A program made the position numbers and the translations under genes. A stretch of DNA of 27,942 nt, the filler included, from an uncultured virus (IMG/VR IMGVR_UViG_2522125086_000001) (lineage: Duplodnaviria; Heunggongvirae; Uroviricota; Caudoviricetes). It is 4 parts of one record of this genome, joined end to end, with 100 filler letters (N's around TTAATTAATTAA, not from the genome) between each part and the next. Parts side by side here need not be neighbours in the genome. Positions count along the whole stretch, not along the records: positions 9,601 to 22,316 come from IMGVR_UViG_2522125086_000001; positions 22,417 to 27,942 come from IMGVR_UViG_2522125086_000001; 2 more parts are not named here. One strand, 5' to 3'. Position 1 is the stretch's first letter; every line of letters starts with the position of its first letter. This document shows positions 18,632 to 27,523 of the stretch, in pieces. Below the pieces are notes generated by a model. That model saw only the letters and a list, made by a program, of their open reading frames with translations. It was not told the DNA's origin and did no database searches.

Positions 18632-19192
18632 ATGGAAAACAATCTTAATGAATCAGAACTCAGTGAAGCCTATCTGGCTAAATGTCTGAGACGCTTAAAG
18701 GAATGGGGAGCACCGCTGGAGGACTGGCGTTGCGTTGATTTAATCGATATGTGCGAAGGCGATGATGAGGACACACCTCCTACTTTTGCGAAGTGCGATC
18801 TCTGCGACTGCCATAAAGTCCGGTTTGTTCACGTAATGGATCATCCGCTTTACTTCGAGGAGGTTCGCGTCGGCTGTATCTGTGCTGGCATTATGGAGGG
18901 AGATGTTCTTGCGGCAAAGGAACGTGAACGACTGATGAAGAATCGCAGTCAGCGCAGAAAGAATTTTGTTGCCGGAAAATGGAAAGAGGCAACCCCCCGA
19001 AAAGCTCTCCGCCTCTACACCAGAACGCACAAAGGACAAAAATTATGGATCTCTGTTTACCCTGGAAACAGGTACTACGTAAGGTGTGATGAGAAAACAA
19101 CCTCTAGGTACAAAGGCCAGCCTATAGATAATTTTTATTCTGCCGTCTATGCAGCATTCGATTTGGCAGATCCGATGGAGGACATTCTGTGA
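18632..19192 (+). CDS. Hypothetical protein with putative Zn-binding motifs
   Basis: CDLCDC...RFVHVMDH...VGCIC; AAGGA RBS; coupled to the next gene. Confidence 0.7.
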   Translation: MENNLNESELSEAYLAKCLRRLKEWGAPLEDWRCVDLIDMCEGDDEDTPPTFAKCDLCDCHKVRFVHVMDHPLYFEEVRVGCICAGIMEGDVLAAKERERLMKNRSQRRKNFVAGKWKEATPRKALRLYTRTHKGQKLWISVYPGNRYYVRCDEKTTSRYKGQPIDNFYSAVYAAFDLADPMEDIL

Positions 19193-19467
19193 ACGAGAAA
19201 TTTATCGAGCAGAAACTGGCAACTGCCGTGAAGACCAAAGGTGGCATAGCACCGAAGTTCGTGTCTCCCTCCTTTGCGGGAATGCCTGACAGGCTGATCC
19301 TGATGCCGCATGGTGTATGTGCCTTTGCTGAACTCAAAGCTCCCGGCATGCATCCGAGAGCACTGCAGGTGGCACGGCATGAGATGTTAAGGCGATTAGG
19401 TTTCAGGGTGTATGTGATTGACGGAATTGAACAGATAGGAGGAATACTTGATGAACTTGCCGGATAG
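19189..19467 (+). CDS. VRR-NUC domain nuclease
   Basis: E..IE, GMPDRLIL, FAELKAPG, LQ motifs. Confidence 0.9.
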   Translation: MNEKFIEQKLATAVKTKGGIAPKFVSPSFAGMPDRLILMPHGVCAFAELKAPGMHPRALQVARHEMLRRLGFRVYVIDGIEQIGGILDELAG

Positions 19468-20800
19468 AACCAGTCTTCACGACTACCAGAAGTTCAGCGT
19501 GAACTTTATCGAGGAGCATCCGTGTGCAGCCATTCTCTTAGACTGCGGCATGGGCAAGAGCGTTATTTCCCTCACTGCAATAGCTGACCTTCTGTTTGAC
19601 TCTTTTGAGGTTCACAGGATTCTGATAATTGCCCCCTTAAGAGTCGCACGGGACTCATGGCCTTTGGAGCTTTCCAAATGGGAGCACCTCAAACACCTCA
19701 CTTTTTCAGTGGCTGTTGGAACTCTGGCAGAACGCAAAGCGGCTCTTGCCAGGAATGCCGACATCACCATCATCAACCGTGAGAACGTGGAATGGCTGGT
19801 TGAGAACAATGACTTTGACTACGACATGGTGGTTATTGATGAGCTGTCATCCTTCAAGAATCATAGTGCCAAACGCTTTAAGGCCCTACAGAAGGTACGT
19901 CCTAAGGTGAAGCGTATTGTAGGTCTTACCGGCACTCCATCATCAAACGGTCTGATGGATCTGTGGTCTGAGTTCAGACTGCTGGACATGGGAGAACGCC
20001 TGGGAAAGTTCATCACGAGATACAGAGAGGCTTTCTTTATGCCAGACAAGAGGAACGGTCAGCAGGTGTTTTCCTACAAACCGAGACCTTATGCCGAGGA
20101 GGAAATCTACCGCCGCATTTCAGATATCACCATCTCCATGAAGTGTACTGACCATCTGAAGATGCCGGAGCTTATTAGCTCACAGTATGAGGTGATGTTA
20201 TCCCCGGATGAGCATAAGCAGTACGAAAGTCTTAAGACTGAGCTGGTACTGACTGTATCTGACGGGGAGATTACCGCAGCTAATGCCGCAGCACTAACCA
20301 ATAAGCTGAGTCAGCTTGCCAACGGTGCAATTTACGATGACGAGAAAAATATCATCGAGATCCACAGCAGAAAACTTGATGCCCTGGAGGACATCATCGA
20401 ATCAGCCAACGGCAATCCCATCTTAGTGGCTTACTGGTTTAAGCACGACCTTGAGAGGATCAGAAAGAGGTTTGATGTCCGGGAGATTAAGACCTCAAAA
20501 GACATCACTGACTGGAATGCCGGAAAGATCCCGGTGGCTTTAATTCACCCGGCGTCAGCGGGGCACGGCTTAAACCTTCAGTCCGGTGGTTCGACTTTGG
20601 TGTGGTTCGGTCTTACCTGGTCGCTGGAGCTGTATCAGCAGACCAATGCGAGACTCTGGCGACAGGGACAGACGGCGGGAACCGTGGTGATCCAGCACAT
20701 CATTGCCAAAGGAACCATTGATGAGCGAGTGCTTAAGGCATTGTCGAAAAAGGAATTAACTCAGAACGCATTGATTGATGCGGTTAAAGCGGAGGTGTAA
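19448..20800 (+). CDS. SNF2-family helicase
   Basis: DCGMGKS, VVIDELS, LTGTP, SAGHGLNLQ, QTNARLWRQGQ. Confidence 0.92.
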   Translation: MMNLPDRTSLHDYQKFSVNFIEEHPCAAILLDCGMGKSVISLTAIADLLFDSFEVHRILIIAPLRVARDSWPLELSKWEHLKHLTFSVAVGTLAERKAALARNADITIINRENVEWLVENNDFDYDMVVIDELSSFKNHSAKRFKALQKVRPKVKRIVGLTGTPSSNGLMDLWSEFRLLDMGERLGKFITRYREAFFMPDKRNGQQVFSYKPRPYAEEEIYRRISDITISMKCTDHLKMPELISSQYEVMLSPDEHKQYESLKTELVLTVSDGEITAANAAALTNKLSQLANGAIYDDEKNIIEIHSRKLDALEDIIESANGNPILVAYWFKHDLERIRKRFDVREIKTSKDITDWNAGKIPVALIHPASAGHGLNLQSGGSTLVWFGLTWSLELYQQTNARLWRQGQTAGTVVIQHIIAKGTIDERVLKALSKKELTQNALIDAVKAEV

Positions 20801-21220
20801 ATGAACGCAAAGGAATTTTTATCAAGAGGCATCAATCTGGAACGCAGGGTTGAAACCATCACGGATCAGATTGAGCACTACAAGAGTATAGTGAACAAGT
20901 GTACCGTAACTTATTCGGATTCTCCGAAGAGCACGACTTCGAGCTACCGTCTTGAGGACTGCACCCAGAAGATTATGGATCTGCAGTCAGAACTCTGTGA
21001 GGCAGTGGCTGATCTTGTTGACGTTACCTGCGACATTGCCAGAACCATTAGTAAGGTTGAGAACTACGACTATGAAGATCTGCTGGTGAAACGGTACGTC
21101 CTTGGTGAGCCGTGGGAGAAAATCGCAGAGGAAATGAACTACTCTGAACAGCACATTCACCGCCTTCACGGCGAAGCACTGAAAAAAATTTCAGACGTGA
21201 GAGTAAATGTGATGGAATGA
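20801..21220 (+). CDS. RinA/ArpU-like (DUF1492) late transcriptional activator
   Basis: MNAKEFLS start; LLVKRYV..WEKIAEEMNYSEQHIHRLHGEAL HTH; position at the end of the replication module. Confidence 0.8.
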   Translation: MNAKEFLSRGINLERRVETITDQIEHYKSIVNKCTVTYSDSPKSTTSSYRLEDCTQKIMDLQSELCEAVADLVDVTCDIARTISKVENYDYEDLLVKRYVLGEPWEKIAEEMNYSEQHIHRLHGEALKKISDVRVNVME

Positions 21221-21248
21221 GAGTTTACTCTTAGGTTATTATTATAAT
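21198..21248 (+). promoter_or_regulatory. Putative activator-dependent late promoter
   Basis: TGAGAGT direct repeats at 21198 and 21218, then TATAAT at 21243-21248. Confidence 0.45.
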
Positions 21249-21273
21249 CGGAAGTAATGAAATAAAACTATCA

Positions 21274-21346
21274 AGGCTCTGAGGTATCCCACCTCGGAGC
21301 TTTTTCATTTGAGGCTCTGCCACCATTTTGGTTGCAGGGCTTTTTT
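21274..21346 (+). terminator. Two tandem hairpins with T-tracts
   Basis: GGCTCTGAGGT..ACCTCGGAGCTTTTT and GGCTCTGCCACCA..TGGTTGCAGGGCTTTTTT. Confidence 0.6.
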
Positions 21347-21360
21347 ATTGGAAAAACGAA

Positions 21361-21741
21361 ATGCCAAGAAGACCGAAACGACCGTGTTCCTTCCCGGGAT
21401 GCCCGAAACTTACTGACGGAAGGTTCTGTGAGGAACACGCCAAAGCTGAAGCAAGACGCTACGAGAAGTATCAGCGTGATCCGGAGGCAAGAAAACGCTA
21501 CGGAAAGGCATGGACAGTCATTCGAAAAGCCTACGCTGCCGAGCATCCTTTCTGCGAGGTCTGCCTTTCGCAGGGAAGATATACACCAACCGAGGCAGTC
21601 CACCACATTAAACCGCTCTCCCAGGGCGGAACCCACGATATAAGCAACCTCAAGGCTGTATGTAAAGCCTGTCATGCCCGAATTCACGGTGAAATCGGCG
21701 ACAGATGGAGCAGAAAAGTAAAGGATTACGACCACAAATAG
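21361..21741 (+). CDS. Packaging-associated HNH endonuclease
   Basis: MPRRPKRPC..PGC; CEVC...VHHIKPLSQGGTHDISNLKAVCKACHARIH; ATG at 21361 preferred over the ORF-track start. Confidence 0.85.
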   Translation: MPRRPKRPCSFPGCPKLTDGRFCEEHAKAEARRYEKYQRDPEARKRYGKAWTVIRKAYAAEHPFCEVCLSQGRYTPTEAVHHIKPLSQGGTHDISNLKAVCKACHARIHGEIGDRWSRKVKDYDHK

Positions 21742-21762
21742 CGATGTTAATCCCGATTTTAG

Positions 21763-21850
21763 GCCCCCAGGGGCGGTCAAAATCGCTGAAATTTTAATCA
21801 AAAAGCTTCGGCCCCTTGCCTCCACGCAGAAAAACGCAGTTTCAAAAACG
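21763..21850 (+). other. Putative cos-like packaging site
   Basis: GC-rich GCCCCCAGGGGCGGTCAAAATC... immediately after the packaging HNH, the usual cos position; positional inference only. Confidence 0.4.
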
Positions 21851-21965
21851 GTAATAACCCCGGACAGTTTTCATTCAGCCATTGAGTTGCCTGCATTCCG
21901 ACTACTTTCCGCTCAGTAATTTTTTCAAACAATAAGGATTTTGTATTAGGTCTAAAGTCAGCACT

Positions 21966-22316
21966 TTAGGCCTTCTTAAATTTCCATGGCATTGCCTGCT
22001 CAAGAATAGTATTTCTTCTTTCATCAGACAGCGATTCATCTTTCAGTTCGTCTCTGTGAATACCCATATATCTGAACAGAAATTCAAGGTAATCTTCCAG
22101 GTCAACTCCATGGATTTTGCAGGTTTCGTGAAATGATGAAAACACAGCCGTAGACTTAGCTCCCTCAATAGAGCCAAATCCGCTGGGCATTGAATGTCTC
22201 AGCACTGCAAAGTCACGAATAGCTCTCTCGGCGGCCGAGTTATCCAGAGGAATAGAGCCGTCCTCCAGAATTCTGGTGAATTTTTCCCACTGATTGTGAG
22301 AGTACTTGACCGCTTT
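21966..22316 (-). mobile_element. IS66-family transposase TnpC, C-terminal part (truncated by gap)
   Basis: KAVKYSHNQWEKFTRILEDGSIPLDNSAAERAIRDFAVLR...GAKSTAVFSSFHETCKIHGVDLEDYL. Confidence 0.88.
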
Positions 22317-22416
22317 NNNNNNNNNNNNNNNNNNNNNNNNNNNNNNNNNNNNNNNNNNNNTTAATTAATTAANNNNNNNNNNNNNNNNNNNNNNNNNNNN
22401 NNNNNNNNNNNNNNNN
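22317..22416. other. Assembly gap with artificial linker
   Basis: N-run with TTAATTAATTAA. Confidence 0.95.
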
Positions 22417-22726
22417 ATGCGTCTACTCATTAACCCCAGTTTTGTATCAGCATTTTATAAATGCCAAAAAAAGAACAGGGTTTACAGGCAAGTCCACCTC
22501 CGTCTTTGATCGTATCACTTTTCAAATTTCGTTACCGTGGATGGCCTCCAAGTTTTTCCTTTCACCACCAGGCCACTTCTCAAATGCATGGGCAGGCTCT
22601 AAGGCCTTATAGGTTTCAAGAGCGAAAACTTATGTACCGGACCATGAACTTACAACGGTCTAGTACTTTCTTTCATGGGGTATGTCAGGGATAAAACGGC
22701 CATACCCTGGGTGATTTGAGGAGAAA

Positions 22727-25300
22727 TTATTTAACACTTGACTCATACTTAACTATTCTGTTACGGGTTTCATCCATACAGGATAGTTGAGTTAATACTC
22801 TTTCCCAATATGGTATTTTGGTTTTTCGCCAGATCCTAGCAAGTTCGCTACGATATAAAGTATTAACTACGGCTTTTGTATTTTCAAACAGCTTATTGGC
22901 AGTAATTTTTAACAAATATGAATTTAAAGATTTGAGTGCGTTTACAGTTGTACATGTCACTTTGCGTATTTCGGCAGGATAATTATAAAGCTGATGTATA
23001 TGCTCAAAATTATTTTCCCATATTTTGACAGCTAGCGGATGATCTTTTACCCATTTGTTTTTTAAAGATTCACAGGCTGTTTCGGCTGATTTTAGATTAA
23101 CTGCACCATACACTTTCTCACAATCTGCACAAAAGTCTTTTTTTAATTCTTTTGAAGGAATGAATTCTGTAGAATTTATGATTAAATGGGGAATGCTACA
23201 CTGAACAACTGTTTTAGGAAATATGGAATGTATTGAATTCTCTAGATCATAAGATACCTCATTCACACATAAAAACAAAATATCGTTAACTCCTCTATCT
23301 TTTATTGAATTTAAGATGTCGGCCAGTTTGGATTTATCGTCAGAAAAGGCCTGAATATGTAATAATTCTTTGTTCCCTTCAGTGTTAATTCCATAAAAAA
23401 CGTACACAAAGCTGGATTCAATATTCTTTATTTTTACGTCAATACGATCTACAAAAACGAAACAGTATATATTTTCAAGTGTGAAATTTAATTGTGGTAC
23501 ATTTCGTTCAGCAAATTTATCACCACAATTGAAATCATGACATTGTATTTGTCTTGAATGTGTTGGTAAACCTTGTTTGTTTGCAAATTCAATTAAATTT
23601 TTATTATTTTCTTCTTCTCTAAGTGATTGATTTTTGTATTCATTACTATTGATATAATTAGAGAATTCTTTTCTAAGAGTTAATTCTATATAAAAACTAT
23701 TATCCTTTATCGAAAAATATGAAGTAATTAAATCTTTAATAGGGTTATTAATATATATTAGCTTATTTTTAGTTTGGTCATAAAGTAGTGAGTTATCTTT
23801 AAATAGGATTTCATTGTCCGTTTTTTTTAATTTGAATGTAATATCATGATGTAAATTATGATATAAAAGCAGATTAGCTGTTGCATCGTTTATATTTTGC
23901 TCGATATTGAAATAATTCTTGATATTAGTAAGTTCAGTAAAACATCCTTCATTTATGTTTTCAAAAATTTCATATATGCATAAAATATTGTAAAACAATC
24001 TCATAATGTCAGTAGGCAACTGAGTGGTTTTATCTTTGGGTAAATCTTCTGCAATATGTTCAAAATTACGTTTACGTTTATTTGAAGCTTGTCTAATTTC
24101 ACTCTTGTACGGGTTTGCATCTTCATAACCGCATGATTCTTCACCATATGCTAAGATAAAGGCAGTATAACTATATAAAAGATAAATAATATTAGTTTTT
24201 GTCGATTCTGCTTTTAACAATCTATTATAGTTTGATTGCGATAACAGCTCAATAAAAGCTAAGAATTTATCTGTAAAATTCTTGGTGTAGCTAGAGTTTA
24301 TTTGGTGGTTATCAGTGCTATTCTGTAGTTGAGTTTTTAATGAATCCTGTACCTTGTTAACCAAAATTTGCAGATTATTATCATGCTCTAGAAAAGATTT
24401 AACTGATTTGTATATATGCTCGAAATCTTGGTTGTTATTACCGATATTTTCTTGTAATTTGTTTGAGATTTCAAAAAATTCTTTAATGGCTGATCCAGTT
24501 TTTTTTAAATCAAATTTAGTGCCTATTGATTCTGAAAGTTTCGTGGCTATTTTTAATTTTTGTTTCCTCGTCTTAATTTCAGCAACGTTTTTTAAATATA
24601 TAAACAAGTGTTCTCTGTCAATTGTAATATGAGTTGTTTTGCTATTTTTTCTTATCTCATTAATTTTTTTATCAATTTGTTTTAGAAAAATGTTCAGTGT
24701 TTCTTTCGGCATATTAAGTGCTTCAAGTGTTTTATTTAATGCTTTTAGACATAAATTAAGGTCATTATTAATGCGTATGTTAAAATCATTAATTGAACTT
24801 ATTTCTTCAGGTTCAAAATTGCGTTCTAAATGTTCGTTTAATTTATCTATTATTGGTTTTATACTGCCATCAACGGAATACCCTTCGAATTGCATTTTAT
24901 CAAAAAGGCTGCGATTCAATTTAGATAAACCTTTTCTAAAGCAAAAATAAATGTCAGTCCAAAACTTAACGTTTTTTTCTAATTCTTTGGTGGTGATTGA
25001 AACATCCATACCTAAAATTGTTTTACATGTTCTTTTTAGATTCTTTACTATACATGCTGTGTTATGGGGGATAGTAGTAGCTTCTTGGTCTTTATTTGAT
25101 GTAGCTATATCTTGTTTGAACTGTGGAACCCAACATTTACGCGTGGATTTGTCTTTATCTTTGTCTTTCTCTTTGACTAAATAATCGCAAATCGAAATAA
25201 CTTCATTGATGTACTTATCATCATTGAGTTTTTTACGCCATTCGTCATGATATTTTTTTACTATCGATTCTTCACCTCGTTTTTTTTCATCCTTTGACAT
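22727..25300 (-). CDS. 857-aa protein: unknown helical N-terminus fused to a degenerate IS256/Mutator transposase domain
   Basis: C-terminal ~280 aa follow the IS256 pattern (YCFVFVD, YGINTEGNKELL, IKDRGVNDI, IFPKTVVQ, KKDFCADCEKVY, WENNF, YPAEIRK, TT.NAL); very AT-rich. Confidence 0.8.
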   Translation of the reverse strand: MSKDEKKRGEESIVKKYHDEWRKKLNDDKYINEVISICDYLVKEKDKDKDKSTRKCWVPQFKQDIATSNKDQEATTIPHNTACIVKNLKRTCKTILGMDVSITTKELEKNVKFWTDIYFCFRKGLSKLNRSLFDKMQFEGYSVDGSIKPIIDKLNEHLERNFEPEEISSINDFNIRINNDLNLCLKALNKTLEALNMPKETLNIFLKQIDKKINEIRKNSKTTHITIDREHLFIYLKNVAEIKTRKQKLKIATKLSESIGTKFDLKKTGSAIKEFFEISNKLQENIGNNNQDFEHIYKSVKSFLEHDNNLQILVNKVQDSLKTQLQNSTDNHQINSSYTKNFTDKFLAFIELLSQSNYNRLLKAESTKTNIIYLLYSYTAFILAYGEESCGYEDANPYKSEIRQASNKRKRNFEHIAEDLPKDKTTQLPTDIMRLFYNILCIYEIFENINEGCFTELTNIKNYFNIEQNINDATANLLLYHNLHHDITFKLKKTDNEILFKDNSLLYDQTKNKLIYINNPIKDLITSYFSIKDNSFYIELTLRKEFSNYINSNEYKNQSLREEENNKNLIEFANKQGLPTHSRQIQCHDFNCGDKFAERNVPQLNFTLENIYCFVFVDRIDVKIKNIESSFVYVFYGINTEGNKELLHIQAFSDDKSKLADILNSIKDRGVNDILFLCVNEVSYDLENSIHSIFPKTVVQCSIPHLIINSTEFIPSKELKKDFCADCEKVYGAVNLKSAETACESLKNKWVKDHPLAVKIWENNFEHIHQLYNYPAEIRKVTCTTVNALKSLNSYLLKITANKLFENTKAVVNTLYRSELARIWRKTKIPYWERVLTQLSCMDETRNRIVKYESSVK

Positions 25301-25626
25301 TTTTTTATTCCTACTGTTTTAACTTAATCTCAGTTATTGTTAATCAATCGGTTACGACGATACAAAATCCTCAATTGATTTATTATGTAAATATCAATTT
25401 CGTGTTCAAATGTGACAATTAACGATAGTTTATTGTTTTTGGGGGGGCATTGTACTAGCGTTTGTTCACATTATTGTAATCAAGCTAAAAAACGAATGCG
25501 ATTTTCGGATGTGGTCATGATAGTGCTGCAGATCAATTGTTATGGGCATTGTTTACTTAATGGTAGCACGTTTTCATTTGTAAATCTCCTCTGTTACTTG
25601 GCACAGGAAAGAGAAGGAAATTTTTT

Positions 25627-25655
25627 TGTAAAAAGTACCTACTTCTGGGCATTAG
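25627..25655 (+). promoter_or_regulatory. Element-specific bipartite motif ahead of the recombinase module
   Basis: TGTAAAA-AGTACCTAC-TTCTGGGCATTAG. Confidence 0.7.
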
Positions 25656-25689
25656 TAGGTAGGAACAGTAGTTTTACAGGAGAACCACA

Positions 25690-25902
25690 ATGCAAGTAAC
25701 CGAAGTTATATCAGTCACTACACCTTCCACCACACTCAGCCAAATCACCCAGGATCAGCTGCAGCAGGAATTCAACTTTCTGCGGGCGGAGCAGATTACC
25801 AGAACCATGCTCAACCAAGGTCTTATAACGGCTGATGAGTACCGGAGGATCATGGTAGAGAACACGATCACTTTCCCGACATTTATCTCGTCTATCCTTT
25901 GA
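25690..25902 (+). CDS. SHOCT-like small protein preceding serine recombinases
   Basis: LQQEFNFLRAEQITRTMLNQGLITADEYRRI; AGGAG RBS. Confidence 0.75.
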   Translation: MQVTEVISVTTPSTTLSQITQDQLQQEFNFLRAEQITRTMLNQGLITADEYRRIMVENTITFPTFISSIL

Positions 25903-25966
25903 TTATTAAGTTGCTATAGGTTCGACACAGAGCAACTATGTTACCAATTCAACAGGAGACGAGACT

Positions 25967-27523
25967 ATGAAAAAGATAACCAAAATTGAGTCTGTGACCA
26001 CGCAGCGCAAGAAAAAATTGCGGGTTGCGGCTTACTGCAGAGTATCAACTGCAAGTGATGAACAGCTTGTCAGTCTTGAGACTCAGAAGGCTCACTACGA
26101 AGAATACATCGCATCAAATCCAGAATGGGAGTTCGCCGGACTCTACTACGATGAGGGACTTTCAGGAACCAAAAAGGAAAAGCGTCCGGCACTTATGCAG
26201 ATGATCACGGACTGCGAGAACGGGAAGATTGACTTTATTGTCACCAAGTCTCTAAGCCGTTTTGCCCGCAACACCACCGACTGCCTTGAACTTGTTCGCA
26301 GACTCCTGAAACTTCACATTTCGATTTACTTCGAGAAGGAGAACCTCAATACCGGCTCCATGGAAACCGAGCTGTTTCTTTCTGTAATGAGCAGTCTGGC
26401 AGAGAGCGAATCAGTTTCAATTTCGGAAAACAACAAGTGGGGAGCCCGGCACCGCTTTGAAAACGGCACTTTCAGATTAAGTTATGCACCGTACGGCTAC
26501 AGTCTCACTGACGGAAAGCTTGTCATCAATGAGGATGAGGCTGAGCAGGTTCGGTTTATTTTCAATGAAACGCTGTCCGGGAAAAGCGCCCGTCAGATCG
26601 CAACCGCTCTGAATGATAAGAAGGTCCCTTCAAAGAGAAACGGCATGTGGACTTCTGCCTCGGTGCTAAACATTATGCGAAATGAAAGGTATGTCGGGGA
26701 CTGCCTTTATCAGAAAACCTACACGGACTTCCGGCTCAGACGCCACATAAACCGAGGTGAGGTCGATCAGTTCTATGAAGAAAATCATCACGATGCCATT
26801 GTAAGCAGAGAGGTTTTTGATGCTGTCAGCAAGGTTATCAATCAGGAGCATAAGGAGAAGAACAGGTCTGAAGGAAATCTGAAGTACCAGAACCGTTATG
26901 CCTTCAGCGGGAAACTGCTCTGCGGTGAGTGCGGCTCAGTCTTCAAACGTAGGATCAACATTACCGGAAAGCTCAAATATCCGGCATGGGTCTGCAGTGT
27001 TCACCACAAGGATCGAACCCGATGCTCAATGAAGTATGTGCGTGAGTCAGTTTTGGAGACAGCTTTTACAACCGTGATGAACAAACTGATTTTCGGCAGA
27101 AAAGAGGTGCTGCAGACACTTCTTGATAACCTGACCACCCAATCTCACAAGTCAAGACTTCGCAGAATTGATGAGGTTGAGAGAACTTTAGAGGAAATGC
27201 AGGACCGCAAACGAAACCTCACCTCCATTATGACAAAGGGGTATCTGGACCTTGCTGCTTTTACCCGCGAGAACAATGAAATTACGGCTGAGACAGAAAA
27301 GCTGATGGAAGAACGTGATCAGCTTAAGTCTGAAATCACCGGAGATCTGAACAGAACTGAATCATTGAGGGACATCATTAAATTTACGGGTAAAAGCGCA
27401 ATGCTGTCGAGCTTTGATGCGGAGCTTTTTGAAAGGTTCGTTGATCACATTGCTGTGGTTTCACGGACTGAACTTGAGTTTCATCTGAAATGCGGAATGA
27501 AGGTTAAGGAGATGGTTGAATGA
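25967..27523 (+). CDS. Large serine recombinase
   Basis: AAYCRVST (catalytic Ser), DEGLSGT..RP, KSLSRFARN, recombinase domain, Zn ribbon CGECG, coiled coil. Confidence 0.95.
   Translation: MKKITKIESVTTQRKKKLRVAAYCRVSTASDEQLVSLETQKAHYEEYIASNPEWEFAGLYYDEGLSGTKKEKRPALMQMITDCENGKIDFIVTKSLSRFARNTTDCLELVRRLLKLHISIYFEKENLNTGSMETELFLSVMSSLAESESVSISENNKWGARHRFENGTFRLSYAPYGYSLTDGKLVINEDEAEQVRFIFNETLSGKSARQIATALNDKKVPSKRNGMWTSASVLNIMRNERYVGDCLYQKTYTDFRLRRHINRGEVDQFYEENHHDAIVSREVFDAVSKVINQEHKEKNRSEGNLKYQNRYAFSGKLLCGECGSVFKRRINITGKLKYPAWVCSVHHKDRTRCSMKYVRESVLETAFTTVMNKLIFGRKEVLQTLLDNLTTQSHKSRLRRIDEVERTLEEMQDRKRNLTSIMTKGYLDLAAFTRENNEITAETEKLMEERDQLKSEITGDLNRTESLRDIIKFTGKSAMLSSFDAELFERFVDHIAVVSRTELEFHLKCGMKVKEMVE

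Noticed and set aside
21851..22660. Paired IS66 termini across the third gap
   Set aside because: GTAA candidates at 21851 and 21916 have no convincing inverted partner or 8-bp TSD after the gap
25412..25699. 95-aa ORF before the SHOCT gene
   Set aside because: No RBS or motifs; overlaps the promoter motif and AT-rich intergenic DNA
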